The notes under the pieces are model-generated. The model was given only the letters and a program-made list of their open reading frames with translations. It searched no databases and had not been told where the DNA came from. A stretch of 63,073 bases of DNA, counting the filler, from Craspedostauros australis (taxonomy: Eukaryota): NCBI GenBank assembly GCA_030167865.1. It is 11 parts of 11 records of this genome, joined end to end, with 100 filler letters (N's around TTAATTAATTAA, not from the genome) between each part and the next. Parts side by side here need not be neighbours in the genome. Positions count along the whole stretch, not along the records: positions 60,355 to 63,073 come from JALAGF010005886.1; 10 more parts are not named here. One strand, 5' to 3'. A program made the position numbers and the translations under genes. Shown here in pieces: positions 60,736 through 63,073 of the stretch. Each line of letters begins with the position of its first letter. The stretch's first letter is position 1.

Positions 60736-62029
60736 TGTAACTACATGTGCGGAGAGCAAAGCACTGTAATGATTGTCTACTCTGTTGCACTGAATCAAGT
60801 GCATCAGTGCAGGGTCTCGCCAAGTTGTGTGGCATCGTTTCTTCACCCTACTAACACCAATAAGCTAACTCATAAAACAGACAAGGATTAGCTACAAAGC
60901 ACTCTACTACTCATCGTTACAGTTACAACTCTTCAATCAATACACCTCTCTTGAACTGCATCACACGGCTNNNNNNNNNNNNNNNNNNNNNNNNNNNNNN
61001 NNNNNNNNNNNNNNNNNNNNACTGCATCACACGGCTATCCCGAAGCCGGCAGATTCACGAGGCATTCTCCACCGATTCGCGACGTCTACGCCCGAATCCT
61101 AACTGGTAGCTGCGAGTGGTTGCCAAATACTCTCTTATCAACTCCACCGAGCATCTTCCTCTGCCAACCGATCGCAAGAGTCTCTCTGAGACAAAGCCAA
61201 AAGGCACAGCTCGCAAACCAAGCCTCCATCAAAGGGCCACGTCCTAAACGCATGCATCTGATCTGAAATCAGACCCCAACGCTCGAAAACCGAGCCACTC
61301 ACGAGGACAAAAGTCCCAGCTGAAGGTAAGCGACCCAAGGTCGGACCTCAGTAGCCTCTGCCAAAGCAAGCAATAACCGCACTCGCCGACCGAGTGCGAG
61401 CCTCCCCAAGCCTGCATCGAACTTCAGTGCACACCTTCTCAACGAAGTGAAGCCGAGCAAAAGCAAGAGAAGGCAAACAGATCGATCCCCTCGAAGTCCG
61501 AAGACCACTCGAGAAGTCCCCGTCATCCATCATGGCAGAAGAGACAACCCCTGCCACGCTGGAAGAGCTGCAAGCACAGCTCGAAGCGATCACGGTCGAG
61601 AACGCTCGCCTCACACAGGCGACGTTGACGGCCGAAGCCGCTGCAGAAGCAGCAAACGCGGCTATAGCCACTGCCCAAGCAGCGGCGACAGCCACCACGA
61701 CCCCAAGCCGTCCCGGTCTTGAGCGCAGCCGTTCTGCTGGCGACACAAGAACCCGAACGGACCAGCCCTTCCTCAACGACAGCATCTTCGACATGGAAAC
61801 TCCCATGCCCAAGAAGAGCAGAAAGCCAGAAGAGGACAGCGAAGACGACGACCACGACCTCTCTGGGAAACCAACCGTTCCCATCATGGGAGGTATCCTC
61901 AAGCAAGGACGCAACTGGGTGCCCTGGACCGCAGGCGCACCAAACGGGCATTGGACGGGCCTCCAAGACGAGTCACACACCAGGTGGACCAACTCTCAAC
62001 AACAGAGAATCCTCCATAACGGTGCTGAC
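60736..62029 (+). mobile_element. 5' end of a Copia-type element: LTR family C (~60736-61103), PBS (61104-61116), gag start (61532-62029)
   Basis: TGTAAC...CCTAAC followed by TGGTAGCTGCGAG; ORF MAEETTPATLEELQ...PIMGG...WVPWTAGAPNGHWTGL resembles diatom Copia gag N-termini; cut by an LTR at 62030. Confidence 0.65.
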
Positions 62030-63073
62030 TGTTGGAAATCCGGGGTTATAGTTAGTACTAAATTCTAATCTGCTGTTAGAAACTGTACCGTTTTAGAACT
62101 GTGAGCACAATCTCACTTTCTCTTCCGATTTCGTCTTCATGGCAGGCATCTGTCGCGGTGGCAACACGGGGCATCCTGTTGTCTCTTAGGTGCTTCCCTC
62201 TTCATTCATCATGCTCTGTTCTTGCTTCCTTGTCTCTGCATCGTCGTAGCTGTCTACGCTTGCATGGTAGGGATCTGCAGTCTTGAGCTCTTGCCTATCT
62301 CATGTTTCCGTCGTTGATCTCATGACACCATCGTCTCATGGTCAATGTCACCTTTGGTGATGTTCCAAACCTGCGGTTGTTCTGATCCTTTCTGATGTTC
62401 CAAACCTGCGGATGTTCTTGTCCGCAGGAGGGGCGTGTGTTGTCCTCTGAAGAAGGTGCGTCACTTGCCCATGGACTTGCTGTTCTGATCGACGTCGTCG
62501 TCTGGATGGTTACCATCGTTGGCGCGTTATCGGGACCTCCTGATCTGCCATGGGTGTCTTCCTTACGTTACCAGAGGACAGGCTACCCTCCTCACGGTTA
62601 TGCAGGTATCAATCGCGTCCGTATGCTTAGTCATAGTCATATTGACCTGGCATATAAAGGTGTGACAAATAGTCTCAGAACATGTGACAAATAATATTCA
62701 AAGCTGTGACGAACAATGTTGGGAGGTGCGGCAATCACGGGTATTACGACAAAGTCGTACCCTCAATTCCTAACACCTGTTGGAAATCCGGGGTTAGTGT
62801 TAGTAAGAACTAATTGGTTGTTAGATCGTACTATTCAGAACTGTGAGCTCATTCTCTTCAGCTCCTTTGCCTTTCGTTTCCCATATAGCATCTCCTGCAG
62901 CAGCACCGTGTTATACTGTTGCATTCATGCATCTCATCATCATGAATCATCGCTTGCATACATGAGATCGCATCCGCAGGCATCCTTTGTCATGCATATC
63001 GTCGTGCATATCCGTAGGCATTCTTTCCATGCACCTCGTTGTGCATATCCTTATTCTACATTCCCTGCGGTAC
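62030..63073 (+). mobile_element. Two adjacent LTR family B copies (62030-62775; 62778 to window end)
   Basis: TGTTGGAAATCCGGGGTTA...TTCCTAACA, then CC, then TGTTGGAAATCCGGGGTTA again. Confidence 0.75.

Overview
Eukaryotic DNA, most likely a diatom or related stramenopile (diatom-style SLC34 Na/Pi cotransporter, diatom-style Copia gag, short GT-AG introns). The window is not contiguous. It is 11 separate scaffolds joined by artificial N-TTAATTAATTAA-N linkers, and many short N gaps are flanked by duplicated overlap sequence, so neighbourhood arguments only hold within a scaffold. It contains several host genes (SLC34, a 4-exon ankyrin gene, DUF1800-like, STAND/AAA ATPase, ankyrin-BTB, LRR-like), two pseudogenes, Copia fragments with three LTR families, and a multi-copy DNA transposon with Sola-like features. 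The standout is the 18-kb scaffold 34977-53253. It carries a single intron-less ~1540-aa gene encoding a tyrosine recombinase fused to an acidic tract, ~14 SPFTRK repeats and a coiled coil. No RT or capsid gene is visible near it. It sits in a stack of at least seven distinct tandem arrays, including telomere-variant repeats, dyad-bearing units and a 30-bp higher-order repeat. This is a candidate large Crypton-like or subtelomeric YR element. All family assignments come from motif recognition, not database searches.
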